From a virus (lineage: Duplodnaviria; Caudoviricetes), in the IMG/VR virus record IMGVR_UViG_3300015374_000002, positions 1 to 64,000 of that record: 64,000 bases of DNA; one strand, written 5' to 3'. Positions 20,501-30,551 of the stretch are shown here, piece after piece (positions within the stretch are counted from its first letter, which is position 1; each line of letters begins with the position of its first letter). A program made the translations under genes and the position numbers. The notes beneath the pieces are model-generated. The model did not search any database. It saw only the letters and a list, made by a program, of their open reading frames with translations, and was not told where the DNA came from.

Positions 20501-20710
20501 ATGGCTCATGTACGGCTTACCGTCAATCTGCTCATCAAGGTCGCCGACACACTGAAGGCGCTCCACCACCGCCTGGGACTCAGCCAGACCGACATCGTCA
20601 ACCGCGCCATCTCCTGCTACGACTTCATGGAGCAGGCGCGGTTGGAAGGCAGGGACATTCTGCTGCGGGACAAGGAGTCCGGCGAAATTGAACGGGTGAC
20701 CTGGTTTTAA
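20501..20710 (+). CDS. ribbon-helix-helix DNA-binding protein
   Basis: VRLTVNL ... L..L...LGLSQTDIVNRAI pattern. Confidence 0.75.
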   Translation: MAHVRLTVNLLIKVADTLKALHHRLGLSQTDIVNRAISCYDFMEQARLEGRDILLRDKESGEIERVTWF

Positions 20711-21174
20711 GCGGCCCGCCGACGCCGGGCGAACCCGCCGGGGCGCACTCCGGTCGCGGCGGCCTTCTCCTTAGCCTTGGCCCGCTGGGCTACCGTCAGT
20801 TCGATGACGACGGCAGCCCGCCGCCGTGTCCCGGTGTCGGCGATGGCGGCCAGTTCGGAGGCGATCCGGCCGGAGTAGTAGTCGGTCGGCCGCCACACGT
20901 CCACGTCGGCGCCGACCGCTTCCAGATGGGCGAGGACAAGTTTCTGCGCGGGAGTGAGGCGGCCCTTCTGCGCCTTCAACTCCCGGAACATGACGTGGGA
21001 TCCGATGATGGTCCAGTCGGGCCAGCCAGGGCGCATCCCGCCCACCCCGTCTGTCGGGTGGAAGGAGAACGGCGCCAGAAAAAGGTCGTTGAGAAGGGCC
21101 CGGACCTTCAGGTCCAGACTCTTCTCGTTCATCTTCGCCGCACGGGACGTGAACGCGTCCACCAGTTTGGCCAT
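20707..21174 (-). CDS. VRR-NUC (PD-(D/E)xK) nuclease
   Basis: GWPDW ... FRELK..KGRLTPAQ. Confidence 0.8.
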   Translation of the reverse strand: MAKLVDAFTSRAAKMNEKSLDLKVRALLNDLFLAPFSFHPTDGVGGMRPGWPDWTIIGSHVMFRELKAQKGRLTPAQKLVLAHLEAVGADVDVWRPTDYYSGRIASELAAIADTGTRRRAAVVIELTVAQRAKAKEKAAATGVRPGGFARRRRAA

Positions 21175-21179
21175 GACGG

Positions 21180-21968
21180 TTACGCGGCTGCGGCGCGGCG
21201 GGCGCTGGGCGTGGCGCCGGTGCGGATCAGTGCGACCATCGCGGTGGACAGCGTGCCCAGGCGGGCCAGCTCCGCGTTGGAGTAGATACGGCCGACCGGC
21301 TTCTCCGCCTCCCGCCGACCGGTCATCTCCGCGTCGGTGAGCCGGTGCCACCGGACGCGCTTCTTCTCCCACCGGCCTTCGGCCAGTTCATGCAGCAGCG
21401 CGTCCCGCAACGGGCGGGCCACCTCGCCGTATTCGCTGCACCGCACATACTGCTGGTGGGCGGACTCGGCGACCTCGGCGGCGCGCTTCTCCGTCCACCG
21501 GGGCAGCGTGGTCCGGTCGGCGTTCATGATGGCGAAGTCGATGATCCGGCGCTCGTCCGCCCCCATCTTCCTGATGATCGCAATCGGCTTCCAGCCGTAG
21601 TTGAACTTCAGGTTCTGGATCGCCGTGCGCCGGTCGGCGCGCAGCTTGTCCATCGTCCGGTGCTTCGTCCACGCCGCACCGGACAGCGTGCCCAGCACGA
21701 TGAAGCGGTGTACCGGATGCTCGATCGCCGCCGCGATCTCCGGAGCGATCTGCTTCGTCTCCGTCTGCGGGTCGAACGACCCGTAACGCTCCTCCAAAGC
21801 CTCGACGGCCGCGTTGCGCAGGGCCTCTATCTCCTCCTTGGAGGGAAGTTGCCGGGGCGGCAGCGTCGCTGCTGCGATGAACGCCTCGATCGGGTCTGCG
21901 GGCTCCTGCCCGGTTCCCGTGTCAGGCTCATCGCGAACATCGGTTGGCTCGATTACGTCGGTGTTCAT
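21180..21968 (-). CDS. hypothetical protein
   Basis: 262-aa ORF with GGAGG and motif-bearing promoter. Confidence 0.75.
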   Translation of the reverse strand: MNTDVIEPTDVRDEPDTGTGQEPADPIEAFIAAATLPPRQLPSKEEIEALRNAAVEALEERYGSFDPQTETKQIAPEIAAAIEHPVHRFIVLGTLSGAAWTKHRTMDKLRADRRTAIQNLKFNYGWKPIAIIRKMGADERRIIDFAIMNADRTTLPRWTEKRAAEVAESAHQQYVRCSEYGEVARPLRDALLHELAEGRWEKKRVRWHRLTDAEMTGRREAEKPVGRIYSNAELARLGTLSTAMVALIRTGATPSARRAAAA

Positions 21969-22135
21969 TGGCCTCAGCCTCCGTTCTGGTCGTGGTCTCT
22001 CCTTCTAATTCAGTTACGAGTGTACAGGGATCTAGCGCGAGAGCAAGATTCCCGGGTGCCCAATTTTGTCCGATGTAACGCTCCGTCGCCGACCGATGTC
22101 CGCGTACAGGGATTTAGCGTCACAGACCGTGCAGG

Positions 22136-23314
22136 TTACGCGGCCCGGTACGGCTGAATCATGTGCCGGGACGCCGGACCATCGCCGACAGGACCGATCA
22201 GCACCGGCTTGACCGCCCCGTAGATCGACACCGACGCCACCGGGCTGCGCAGCCCGATCAGCGCGTTGAGCAGATATCCGAGATTAAGGCTCACCTCGAC
22301 ATCCTCGCCGTCCACGTCCGCCGCCACCGTGGAGGCGGAGCGGGCCAACGTCCCGACCGTGTTGCCGCCGGTCAGCCGGATACCCTTGCCGGACAGGGCC
22401 AGTCGCAACGTGGGCGGCGGGGCGTCCGCCCCGCCGCCGCCGAGTACCGTTCCCGCCTTCTTCAGCGCCCGCATCAGCGCGTCGGTCTCCACCGTCATCG
22501 CGGTCGCCGTACCTTCGGCCCGCATCGCCTCGAACGACATCTCGGCGTTGGCGAAGTAGTTCCGCCAATTCGGGAACTGGCCGTCGATCACGCGGACGGT
22601 GGAGACGCGACCCTCGCCCGACAGCGACACCATCGTCACCTTGTCCTGGTAGCCGCGCACGAACGCCACCCCCACCCGGCCGGTTGCCGAACCGGTGAAG
22701 TCGGCCAGCAGGCGCGGCGGCACGATCGCGCCGCACTCCACCGCCTTGGCAACCGGCTTCCACGACAGTTCCGTGGCCGCGATCTGGTAGCGGTTGGTGG
22801 CGGCCAGGCTCATTACCTCATTGGCCACCTCGACGAACACGCCGGTGTGCTCAACTTGGGCGCCCTTGCCCTTGCCGACGGCACCACCGACCTGTTTGAA
22901 CGCCTGCTGAAGCAGCTCGGCGTCCACCCAGCCGACCGGCTCGCCCGCCTCCGGCAGTGACGGGTAGTCGTAGGCGGGCATGAGCGCCAGTTCCCAGGAG
23001 TCCTCACCGCAGGTGATGACGGCGGCCGTCTCCTCGGCGACTACTTCGACTTCGTCGCCGTCGGCCGCCTCACACACTTTGTGCAGCAGCGCGGCGGGCA
23101 GGAGACCGTCGCCACCCTCCAGGATGATCGCGGGGATGGTGGCGCGGGACGCCAGTTCGTAGTCGTTGGCGGCCAGACTCAGGACGCCCGTCTCGCCGTC
23201 GGCGTCGATGAGCAGACCAGCCATGATCGGCTGTACGCCGTGGCTGGTGTCTGCCGCGCGGGCGACCCAGGCGACCGCCTCGGCGAACCGGATCCGGTCA
23301 ACGGTGAACTTCAC
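22136..23314 (-). CDS. dnaN: DNA polymerase III beta sliding clamp
   Basis: KFTVDR..FAEAVAWVAR, AATNRYQIA, IDGQFPNW, KPVLI..HMIQP. Confidence 0.85.
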   Translation of the reverse strand: MKFTVDRIRFAEAVAWVARAADTSHGVQPIMAGLLIDADGETGVLSLAANDYELASRATIPAIILEGGDGLLPAALLHKVCEAADGDEVEVVAEETAAVITCGEDSWELALMPAYDYPSLPEAGEPVGWVDAELLQQAFKQVGGAVGKGKGAQVEHTGVFVEVANEVMSLAATNRYQIAATELSWKPVAKAVECGAIVPPRLLADFTGSATGRVGVAFVRGYQDKVTMVSLSGEGRVSTVRVIDGQFPNWRNYFANAEMSFEAMRAEGTATAMTVETDALMRALKKAGTVLGGGGADAPPPTLRLALSGKGIRLTGGNTVGTLARSASTVAADVDGEDVEVSLNLGYLLNALIGLRSPVASVSIYGAVKPVLIGPVGDGPASRHMIQPYRAA

Positions 23315-23354
23315 GGGGATACCTCCGAACGGGGGTGTGGGGTGGTCGTGAACA

Positions 23355-23513
23355 TCAGGCGGCCTCGTCGGCGGCGGGCTGCTCAGGGTTGGCGGCCTGC
23401 GCTGAGCGCTCCAGCGCATCAGCGATCATGGCGTCGATGCCGGGCAGTACCGGCACCGGACCCCAGCGCCTCGTCTGCTCAACCTTGTACTCGTCGGGCG
23501 CGTATTCGGTCAT
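23355..23513 (-). CDS. small hypothetical protein
   Basis: MTEYAPDEYKVE...; GGGAGG RBS. Confidence 0.55.
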   Translation of the reverse strand: MTEYAPDEYKVEQTRRWGPVPVLPGIDAMIADALERSAQAANPEQPAADEAA

Positions 23514-23549
23514 GGTTCCTCCCTTCTGCTGCAGTCATTGACATCGGGG

Positions 23550-23900
23550 TTATGCGGCCATCCGCAGGGTGGCGGCGGCCGGGTGGGGAGTGCAGGCGAT
23601 GGACGTCAGTAGCGCCTCGATCTGCTCGGCGACCTGCTCCTTGACCAGGTCGGGGTCTTCGGGGCGGCCGTCGTCGTCGCGTCCCGCGTCGGCGCCGTCC
23701 TCCAGGGCGGTGAGCCATTCGCTCAGGTCGATCAGTTCCCGCCACATGCTCAGCCGGGTGTCGTCGGTTGCGTGGTTGTCGAGGATTCCGGCGAGAACCA
23801 CCGCGTTGTCGGCCTCTTCGACGAACGGATCTTCCAGCAGTAGCTCTACGGCGGCACGCCGGGCCTGTGCGCGAACCTCATCGAATCCGATGGACTGCAT
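23550..23900 (-). CDS. hypothetical protein
   Basis: MQSIGFDE...; AGGAG RBS, leader motif, promoter motif. Confidence 0.7.
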   Translation of the reverse strand: MQSIGFDEVRAQARRAAVELLLEDPFVEEADNAVVLAGILDNHATDDTRLSMWRELIDLSEWLTALEDGADAGRDDDGRPEDPDLVKEQVAEQIEALLTSIACTPHPAAATLRMAA

Positions 23901-24030
23901 GATTAACTCCTGTCCGCGCCGTGGTCGCTCTACCTGGCGCTTCATCACCATCAGTGTACATCCATTTAGCACTAGGGGGAAGGGGTGGGGTGCGGTTTCC
24001 ACGCACCCCACCGTGGACCCCGGCCGGGCC

Positions 24031-24339
24031 TTAGGTCGCCCGCTCCTGCCAGAGCCGATCCTGTGCCGCGCACCGCATCCGGCCCGCCTCCCGCCACGTG
24101 ATCGCTTCGGCGCCCGCCGCAATGGCCTCCAGGCGCTTCGACTCCACCACGTCGTAATGCCGCCGCAACTGAAGCGGATCGTCGGCCTTATGGAACCAGG
24201 ACCGCCGCAGCCCAATCCGTTGCGCGAACTCGTGCAACTCCTCGTCGGAGGTGTCGGAGAACAGGTGCGACCAGCGGCCCCGACCCTTGCCTACGGTGGC
24301 CTGCTGCCGCCAGTCGTCTACGTAGACGGTCACGGTCAC
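24031..24339 (-). CDS. DUF4031 family protein
   Basis: TVYVDD ... WSHL.SD..EELHEFA.RIGLRRSWF ... HYDV. Confidence 0.85.
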   Translation of the reverse strand: MTVTVYVDDWRQQATVGKGRGRWSHLFSDTSDEELHEFAQRIGLRRSWFHKADDPLQLRRHYDVVESKRLEAIAAGAEAITWREAGRMRCAAQDRLWQERAT

Positions 24340-24689
24340 CCCCAGGACATGGCGCAGTCGCATTCGGCGCAGAACTGCATGCCGCGCACGAGCGCCACCA
24401 GGTTGGACCGGTCGTAGGCAGACAGGTGGTCACCCAGAAACTTCAAGATCGCCTCGAAGCGGGGGACCATCATCCGGCACTGTGAGGCGGAGAAGAAGCC
24501 GTGCACGTCCCCAGAGTCCAGCCACGGCATCAGCGGCGTACCGCTGCCCTCATCGCCCTGATACGGAGCGCGATTCTTCCACCACGCCTCCAGGTCCATG
24601 ATCCCCTCGAACTCGGCGATTTGCTTCCGCAGGGCGGCGAAGCCGTGGTAATCCCACGAGGCGCCACCGGGCCGGTAGGACAGTCCCAT
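24336..24689 (-). CDS. hypothetical protein
   Basis: MGLSYRPGG...; AAAGGAAG RBS. Confidence 0.7.
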   Translation of the reverse strand: MGLSYRPGGASWDYHGFAALRKQIAEFEGIMDLEAWWKNRAPYQGDEGSGTPLMPWLDSGDVHGFFSASQCRMMVPRFEAILKFLGDHLSAYDRSNLVALVRGMQFCAECDCAMSWG

Positions 24690-24711
24690 ACGATCACTTC
24701 CTTTCATGGGG

Positions 24712-27700
24712 TTAAGCGGCTGCTGCCATCTCTCTGGACGGTTCCAGGTCGGCCGCGATCAGGTCTTCCAGGCGCTTGCGCTCGGCCATCGCCTCATTCA
24801 GCTCCTCCTCGTAGTCGAACGTCTTCTTGAGTTCCGAATCGATCGCCTCAGCCCGCCGCTGCAACGTCTGGGCGTAGTCCAGCGCCGTAGCCGCCTCGCG
24901 CCCGGCCGTGTTGATGGCGTTGTCGATGTAGCGCAGCAGCGCCATCTCATAGCCCTTGCGCAGCAGTTTGATCTGGGGGTTGCCGATCGGCGTCCACTTC
25001 CAGGAGTTCTTGGAGGTCAGTGAGACGGTCAGGATCGGGGCGCCGCCGGACCAGGTGACGGAGAATTTGACCCGGACGCCGCGCCATGTGCCCGCCTCCT
25101 GCTCGCAGCGGTGGGCGCGGGCGAAGCGGCCCGCTTCTGCCAGCGCGGCGGCGGCCTCCTCCTCCACGTCGATTCTGGTGGAGTGCTTCTCGTAGACCCG
25201 GTCGTGTTCGGCGGCGGCGATGCCTTCCCAGGAGGAGGCGTAGGACTTGTGGGTGCGGGCCGCCTGTTGGTAGTGGTGCTGGTCGGCCTTCATGCGGGCC
25301 AGGTCCCGGTGGTGGGCGGCGTACAGGTTGCGCAGCCGGGCCACTTCAGCTTGGGCGCGGGCCAGATCCAGGACCAGTTCCTGTCCGGTCGCGGCGGCCT
25401 TGATCTGGGCGTAGTCGAGGGTGTCGTCGCTGATCAGGTCGTCCACCTGGCGTACGTCCAGCTCCCCGGACAGGATCTGGAAGATGAAATGGCTCTTCCG
25501 TTCCAGGTGCTGCCACATGTAGGAGTCGAAAGATCCTTCGGTCACGTACCGGAAGACCCACATGGTGTCGCAGAGGTTGCCGGGCCGGTCGCCACGGCCG
25601 TCTCTCTGCTCCACATCGGCCGGGCGCCAGGGGGCGTCCATGTGATGGATGGCGACCAGCCGGTCCTGGGCGTTGACGCCCGTGCCGCCCTTCTCCGTGG
25701 ACACGAACAGGACCGCGATGTCGCCGTCACGGCACTGCTTGAACAGGAACGCCCGCTCCAGGTCGGTTTTGGCGGCGTGGATGAACTGGATCAGGTGGCG
25801 GGGTACGCCAAAGTGAACCAGCAGGTCACGTGTTTCGCCGTACACCTGCGGGTCGCCGTCACGCGGGGTACCCAGGTCGCAGAAGATGAACTGACAGGTT
25901 CCGGGTTTGCCGTCGCCCCACAGCAGACCCTTGGAGGAGTCCGGCCACGTCCAATCCTTCGTCTGGTGGTAGATGCGGGCGACGTTGGCCGCGACCACGT
26001 CCGGCTTGCCCGGCTCGGCGGAGTCGAGGCCGACCAGCGGCAGCCACAGGGCGGCCTTCCTGCCGTCGTTGCAGACCGACAGCATGTTGTCGTCCACCAT
26101 GCGCTGCTTGGTCTCGGAGTAGCGCGGTAGCGGCTTTCCGAGGCGAATCTTGTCGGCCCGGCGTACCAGCTCTTCGATGAACGGCTTCAGCTCCGGCTGG
26201 CCCTGCACCTTGACGATCTCGCGGACGACCCGGCCCGGCCCGTCCAGTTTGAGCTGGTGACGGGTGCGCACATCCATCGTCTCGCCGAGCATCAGCCGCA
26301 GTTCGGGGACGTTGACGAACTTGGACGGGCGGCGGTGCATCCGGAATCCGGCACCGTCCGGCGTAACCTCGATCTTCGATTCGAAGGTGACGAACATGCC
26401 TGCGAACGCGTCGAAGCTGCACAGGTCCCACTCCTTCAGCCGTTCCACGGTGTTGGTGTAGCGCAGCAGCGTGTACGCCTCAGCCAACGTGTTGGAGATC
26501 GGCGTGCCGGTGAACCCGGCGAAGGCGCGGCCGTACGTGGTCAGCAGCCAGGAGATCTTCATGAAGGCGTCTTCGGCCCGCTTGGACGCGGGCATCGCGA
26601 AGCCTTCGGTACGGCAGGGAGAGAACAGGTTCTTGAAGTAGTGGAACTCGTCGATCATCAGGAAGTCGATGCCGAGAAGATCGAAGAACAGGCCGTCGTC
26701 GCGGCCCGGCCGCTTACGCGTGTGCCGCATCGCGGCGGCTTCTTCGTCCAGAACGAAGCACTCGCCCTCGAACACCTCCGGCTGCGGCTTGCCCCAGCTG
26801 GACAGGGCGGCGTGCCGCTGCTTCAGCTTCATGACCTGCTTGGCCAGCCGCTTGACGGTGCGCGAGTTGTCCAGGCCGTCAGCGGTCATCGCCTCTTCGA
26901 TGGCGGCGATCTGGTCGGCGATGAAGTCCGCTTCGAGCGCCGGACTGACCGGGATGGAGGTGAACTGCTGAACCGTCATCACGATCATGTCCCAGTCGGC
27001 GGAGGCGACCTTGGCGGCGAAGTACTTGCGCCGCTTCGGGTTCAGGTCGGCCTTGGTGACCATGAGGATGCGGGCGCCCGGGTAGACGCGCCGGAATTCG
27101 GCCGCCGTCTGTTCCAGTAGGTGGTTGGGGACGACCGCGCACGGCTTGTTGATCAAACCGAGTCGTTTCATCGTCTGACCGATCATGATCATCATGGCGG
27201 TTTTTCCGCCACCCACCGCCGTCGCCACGATCGTCGTCGGTGACGCCGACGCCCGCGCCACCATCGCGTTCTGATGGTCATACGGCGTGAACCCGGCCGC
27301 CATGCCGGGATAGGTGAACATGGAGCCGTCGAACTTGCGCAACCGGACCGCGTTGTAGGCCCAGTTGTACAGGTGGCACAGCCGGTCGGAACGGTCCGGG
27401 TTCGTCCACACCCACGTGCCGAACGTCTCCTGAATCGCCTTCGTGCGCTCCTCGGCGAGCTGCGTCTCCGCCTGATTGCGGACCTTCTTCGTCTTCGTCT
27501 TGCCCGGCCGGTCCGGGTCGGGCACCTCCACCTCATCCCAGGCGACCGGCGCGCTCCCGTTCAACGCCTTCTCGATCAGATCGACGGCGTTGAACCGGGC
27601 GGTTCCCCACCTGGTTGTCGCGGTCACCTTGTGCCGTGCCGGGGGCGCCGACACCTCCCACGACGCCGTCAGCTTCTCGTGCCGGACCGTCACCTTCTCC

Positions 27701-29697
27701 GACTCGTCATTGGAGAAGCTGGTGGACAGTCCGAACAGGGCGACGATGAAGTCCTTGACCACGTCAGCGGGGACCCATGGTGCGCCGAGCCGGGCGGCGA
27801 TGTCGGACGGGCCCAGATCCACCGGCTGAACCTGCGTCAGCGCGGCCACATTCGCCCACCACCGCTCCGGCTCCTCATCGTTGGCGACCATGTCCTCGGC
27901 GACCTGCAACTTCTCGCGGACGTTGCCGGACAGGTACTCTTCCGCCGGAACCCACCGGTCGTCAGCCGGGTCGCAGAAGGCGAGGCCGGTCAGGTGATTC
28001 GGCACCTCAGCCTCGGAGACGTCGAGGAGGCGGGCCAGCGTCGGCAGATCCAGGTAGCCGTGTTCGTCCCAGCACAACGCGACAGCCTCGGCCGGATTGT
28101 CGGCCCGCTGCTTACGCACCGGCCGCCGGTTGACGCGGCGCAGCAGAATGTCGGCGGGCTCCTCGGTCCGGTCCTCCTCACTCCACCGGCCCAATGCCAG
28201 CACCGTCGGATAGTCCGGGTCGCCCGGCCGGTCTCCGATGCCCCGGAAGCCGCCCAGGTTCGGGGTGCGCCGGTTGAAGGTCGGAAACCCGGTCTCCTCA
28301 TCGACGGGCCCGGCGGTGAGCGTGGACCGGTTCAGCGGGCCGAACCGGTCCACATAGGAGCGGTAGAGCGTCGCCGTGTGCTCCCGCAGTGGCGTGATGT
28401 CGGCGTCCGGCTTGTCAAGGTCGGCGTCGGCGGTGAACAACTCGACGGCGGCGTCTCGCAGCAGGATCAGATGCTTCAGCTCATCGGACGGCTTGGAGAC
28501 CGGCTCATGGTTGCCGTTGAGGACTTGCGTGACCGCGCCGTCCTCGCCCAGGTGGAACGAGCCTTCTTTGTCGTCGGTGGTGGTCACTTGGATGGTGTCG
28601 GTAAGCCGTTCGGCCGCCTGCCACACCTTCCCGCCCGCGTGGGCGTGCGCGACCAACTTGTTCACTGCGTTGGCCAGCAGCTCTACCGGGTCGGCTCCGG
28701 CGGGCGGGATGACGTCCAGGGTGGCGCCGTGCTGCTGCCCGCCGCGCGGGTGCATGGCGCCCAGCACCATTTCCGGATGGGCGCCCCAGTAGTCGTTGAC
28801 GGTGGTGAGCAGGTGGTCATGCGTGCGTGCGTGCTTCCAAGCGCCCACCTCCACCCCGTCGTCGGCGTACGGGCGGCGCCGCAACACCACGATGTCGGCC
28901 ACGCCCCGGAATCCGAGACTTGAGAACGCCCCCGACGGCAGACGGATCGCGCCGACGAACTCACCGAGCCGGGAGTAGAACGTGCGCGCCAACGGGTTTT
29001 CGGCGTCCATCGTGTAGCGGGAGGTGATGAGGATGGCCAGCCCGCCCGGGTGCAGCCCTTTCAGAGCTCTCCACAGGAAGTAGCTGTGCAGGGTGGGCGT
29101 GAATCCGGCTTCGTCGGCGGGCCAGGCGGCGTCATAGATCGGCACCTTGGCGAACGGGACGTTGCCGATGGCGGCGTCAAAGGCGCCGATCCGGAACGCG
29201 GTCCGTTCCAGCGGCTTGTTGATGATGGTCGCGCCGTGGTGCAGGCGGGCGGCGATCCCGGCGGAGGTGGGGTCGATCTCGACGCCGGTCCAGTCCACGT
29301 CCAGGCCGGGCGGGGTGGCGGCGATGAAGTTGCCCGACCCGCAGCCCGGCTCCAGTACCCGGCCGCCGGGGAACCCGAGCCGGATCAGCAGATCCCACAT
29401 GGCCGCCGAGATCGCCGGGGTGGTGTAGAAGCTGGTGGCGGTGGCTTCCTTGGCCGCCGTCTCCTCCTGCGGCGATAGAAGCTCCGACAGCTCATCCACG
29501 ACGTCTTTCCAGCCGCCGGTCAGCCGATGCCGCTTGTAGGGGTCTACGGCATCGGCCAGCGGCCCCCAGCCGGTCCAGCCGGACAGGTCGGCGCGTTCGT
29601 CAGCGGCCAGTACACGGCCGGGCGGGATGGTTTTGTGGGCGCGTAGTGCGGCCAGGCTTGCTTGGGCAAGGGCCAGCGGCCCCAGGGTGTCAGACAA
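24712..29697 (-). CDS. DarB-like N6-adenine methyltransferase / SNF2-type helicase fusion
   Basis: VLEPGCGSGNF, IGNVPF, EYLSGNVREKL, VGGGKT, IDEFH, TGTPISN, EQRDGR. Confidence 0.9.
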   Translation of the reverse strand: MSDTLGPLALAQASLAALRAHKTIPPGRVLAADERADLSGWTGWGPLADAVDPYKRHRLTGGWKDVVDELSELLSPQEETAAKEATATSFYTTPAISAAMWDLLIRLGFPGGRVLEPGCGSGNFIAATPPGLDVDWTGVEIDPTSAGIAARLHHGATIINKPLERTAFRIGAFDAAIGNVPFAKVPIYDAAWPADEAGFTPTLHSYFLWRALKGLHPGGLAILITSRYTMDAENPLARTFYSRLGEFVGAIRLPSGAFSSLGFRGVADIVVLRRRPYADDGVEVGAWKHARTHDHLLTTVNDYWGAHPEMVLGAMHPRGGQQHGATLDVIPPAGADPVELLANAVNKLVAHAHAGGKVWQAAERLTDTIQVTTTDDKEGSFHLGEDGAVTQVLNGNHEPVSKPSDELKHLILLRDAAVELFTADADLDKPDADITPLREHTATLYRSYVDRFGPLNRSTLTAGPVDEETGFPTFNRRTPNLGGFRGIGDRPGDPDYPTVLALGRWSEEDRTEEPADILLRRVNRRPVRKQRADNPAEAVALCWDEHGYLDLPTLARLLDVSEAEVPNHLTGLAFCDPADDRWVPAEEYLSGNVREKLQVAEDMVANDEEPERWWANVAALTQVQPVDLGPSDIAARLGAPWVPADVVKDFIVALFGLSTSFSNDESEKVTVRHEKLTASWEVSAPPARHKVTATTRWGTARFNAVDLIEKALNGSAPVAWDEVEVPDPDRPGKTKTKKVRNQAETQLAEERTKAIQETFGTWVWTNPDRSDRLCHLYNWAYNAVRLRKFDGSMFTYPGMAAGFTPYDHQNAMVARASASPTTIVATAVGGGKTAMMIMIGQTMKRLGLINKPCAVVPNHLLEQTAAEFRRVYPGARILMVTKADLNPKRRKYFAAKVASADWDMIVMTVQQFTSIPVSPALEADFIADQIAAIEEAMTADGLDNSRTVKRLAKQVMKLKQRHAALSSWGKPQPEVFEGECFVLDEEAAAMRHTRKRPGRDDGLFFDLLGIDFLMIDEFHYFKNLFSPCRTEGFAMPASKRAEDAFMKISWLLTTYGRAFAGFTGTPISNTLAEAYTLLRYTNTVERLKEWDLCSFDAFAGMFVTFESKIEVTPDGAGFRMHRRPSKFVNVPELRLMLGETMDVRTRHQLKLDGPGRVVREIVKVQGQPELKPFIEELVRRADKIRLGKPLPRYSETKQRMVDDNMLSVCNDGRKAALWLPLVGLDSAEPGKPDVVAANVARIYHQTKDWTWPDSSKGLLWGDGKPGTCQFIFCDLGTPRDGDPQVYGETRDLLVHFGVPRHLIQFIHAAKTDLERAFLFKQCRDGDIAVLFVSTEKGGTGVNAQDRLVAIHHMDAPWRPADVEQRDGRGDRPGNLCDTMWVFRYVTEGSFDSYMWQHLERKSHFIFQILSGELDVRQVDDLISDDTLDYAQIKAAATGQELVLDLARAQAEVARLRNLYAAHHRDLARMKADQHHYQQAARTHKSYASSWEGIAAAEHDRVYEKHSTRIDVEEEAAAALAEAGRFARAHRCEQEAGTWRGVRVKFSVTWSGGAPILTVSLTSKNSWKWTPIGNPQIKLLRKGYEMALLRYIDNAINTAGREAATALDYAQTLQRRAEAIDSELKKTFDYEEELNEAMAERKRLEDLIAADLEPSREMAAAA

Positions 29698-29763
29698 GGG
29701 GGGACTCCTGTTCTGTCCCGGGGGTCGCTCAACCCTGGGACTACCCTCCGATTATACAGTCAT

Positions 29764-30321
29764 TTAACGCTTGTCGGTAGGGGTTTGAATGGTGGGCTGA
29801 ACCTCCTCCAGGCCCAGGCGGCGGGTGAAGATGCCGCGCGGCAAGAACCGGGCCTCATGAGCCTCGTACTCGCCGATCGCGAAGACGTACTCCCACGCCT
29901 TCGGATCCTTGCGAGATACCCACAGCCGGGCGCGGTCCTGGTTGGCCTCCGCCCGCTCCGGGTCCGCGTACGGGCCCAGTAGTTGCAGCGTCTTACCCCG
30001 ATAGGTGGCGGTCACGTAGAAGCCGTGGGTGAGCGGTTCAGGCTGCGGCCACGGCCGCGAACCGGCCGGAACCTCCTCCGGGTCGGCCTTATACCAGGAG
30101 CAGTCGTAGCGGCCCTCCAGGCTTCCTGGGGCCGTCTCCGTCCACTCCGCCGGGGTTCGACCCAGCAGGGCGGTCAGGATCAGCCCACATTCGCCGCCGC
30201 CGCTTCCGCGTGCGCCGCTGTCTCGGATGCAGGTTCCGCACCAAGCGTCCATCCAGGCTTCGCCCTCGGTGCTGTTGGAGAAGGGCGAACCCTCGCGGGG
30301 TTCGCCCGGGATGCACGTCAT
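29764..30321 (-). CDS. hypothetical protein
   Basis: MTCIPGEPREG...; ATGA overlap with upstream gene. Confidence 0.65.
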   Translation of the reverse strand: MTCIPGEPREGSPFSNSTEGEAWMDAWCGTCIRDSGARGSGGGECGLILTALLGRTPAEWTETAPGSLEGRYDCSWYKADPEEVPAGSRPWPQPEPLTHGFYVTATYRGKTLQLLGPYADPERAEANQDRARLWVSRKDPKAWEYVFAIGEYEAHEARFLPRGIFTRRLGLEEVQPTIQTPTDKR

Positions 30322-30527
30322 GCCTCCTGCTTTCCGGCGATCCGGTTGAGGATGTCGGCCGACATCCAATCCGGCACGACACCGTTCGCGATGGCCGCCA
30401 GGCCAGCGAACTCGCGGGCCAGTTCCACGCGGTTCTTGTTCAGCGTGTCCCGGTATTCCACGTTGACATCTTCGTTCGTCTTGACGGCCTTGCGTAGCAA
30501 CACCGCCGCTTCTTCCAGGTAGCTCAT
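30318..30527 (-). CDS. hypothetical protein
   Basis: 69-aa ORF, GGGAG RBS. Confidence 0.65.
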   Translation of the reverse strand: MSYLEEAAVLLRKAVKTNEDVNVEYRDTLNKNRVELAREFAGLAAIANGVVPDWMSADILNRIAGKQEA

Positions 30528-30551
30528 GTTTTGCTCCCTTTTCTGTGGTGG

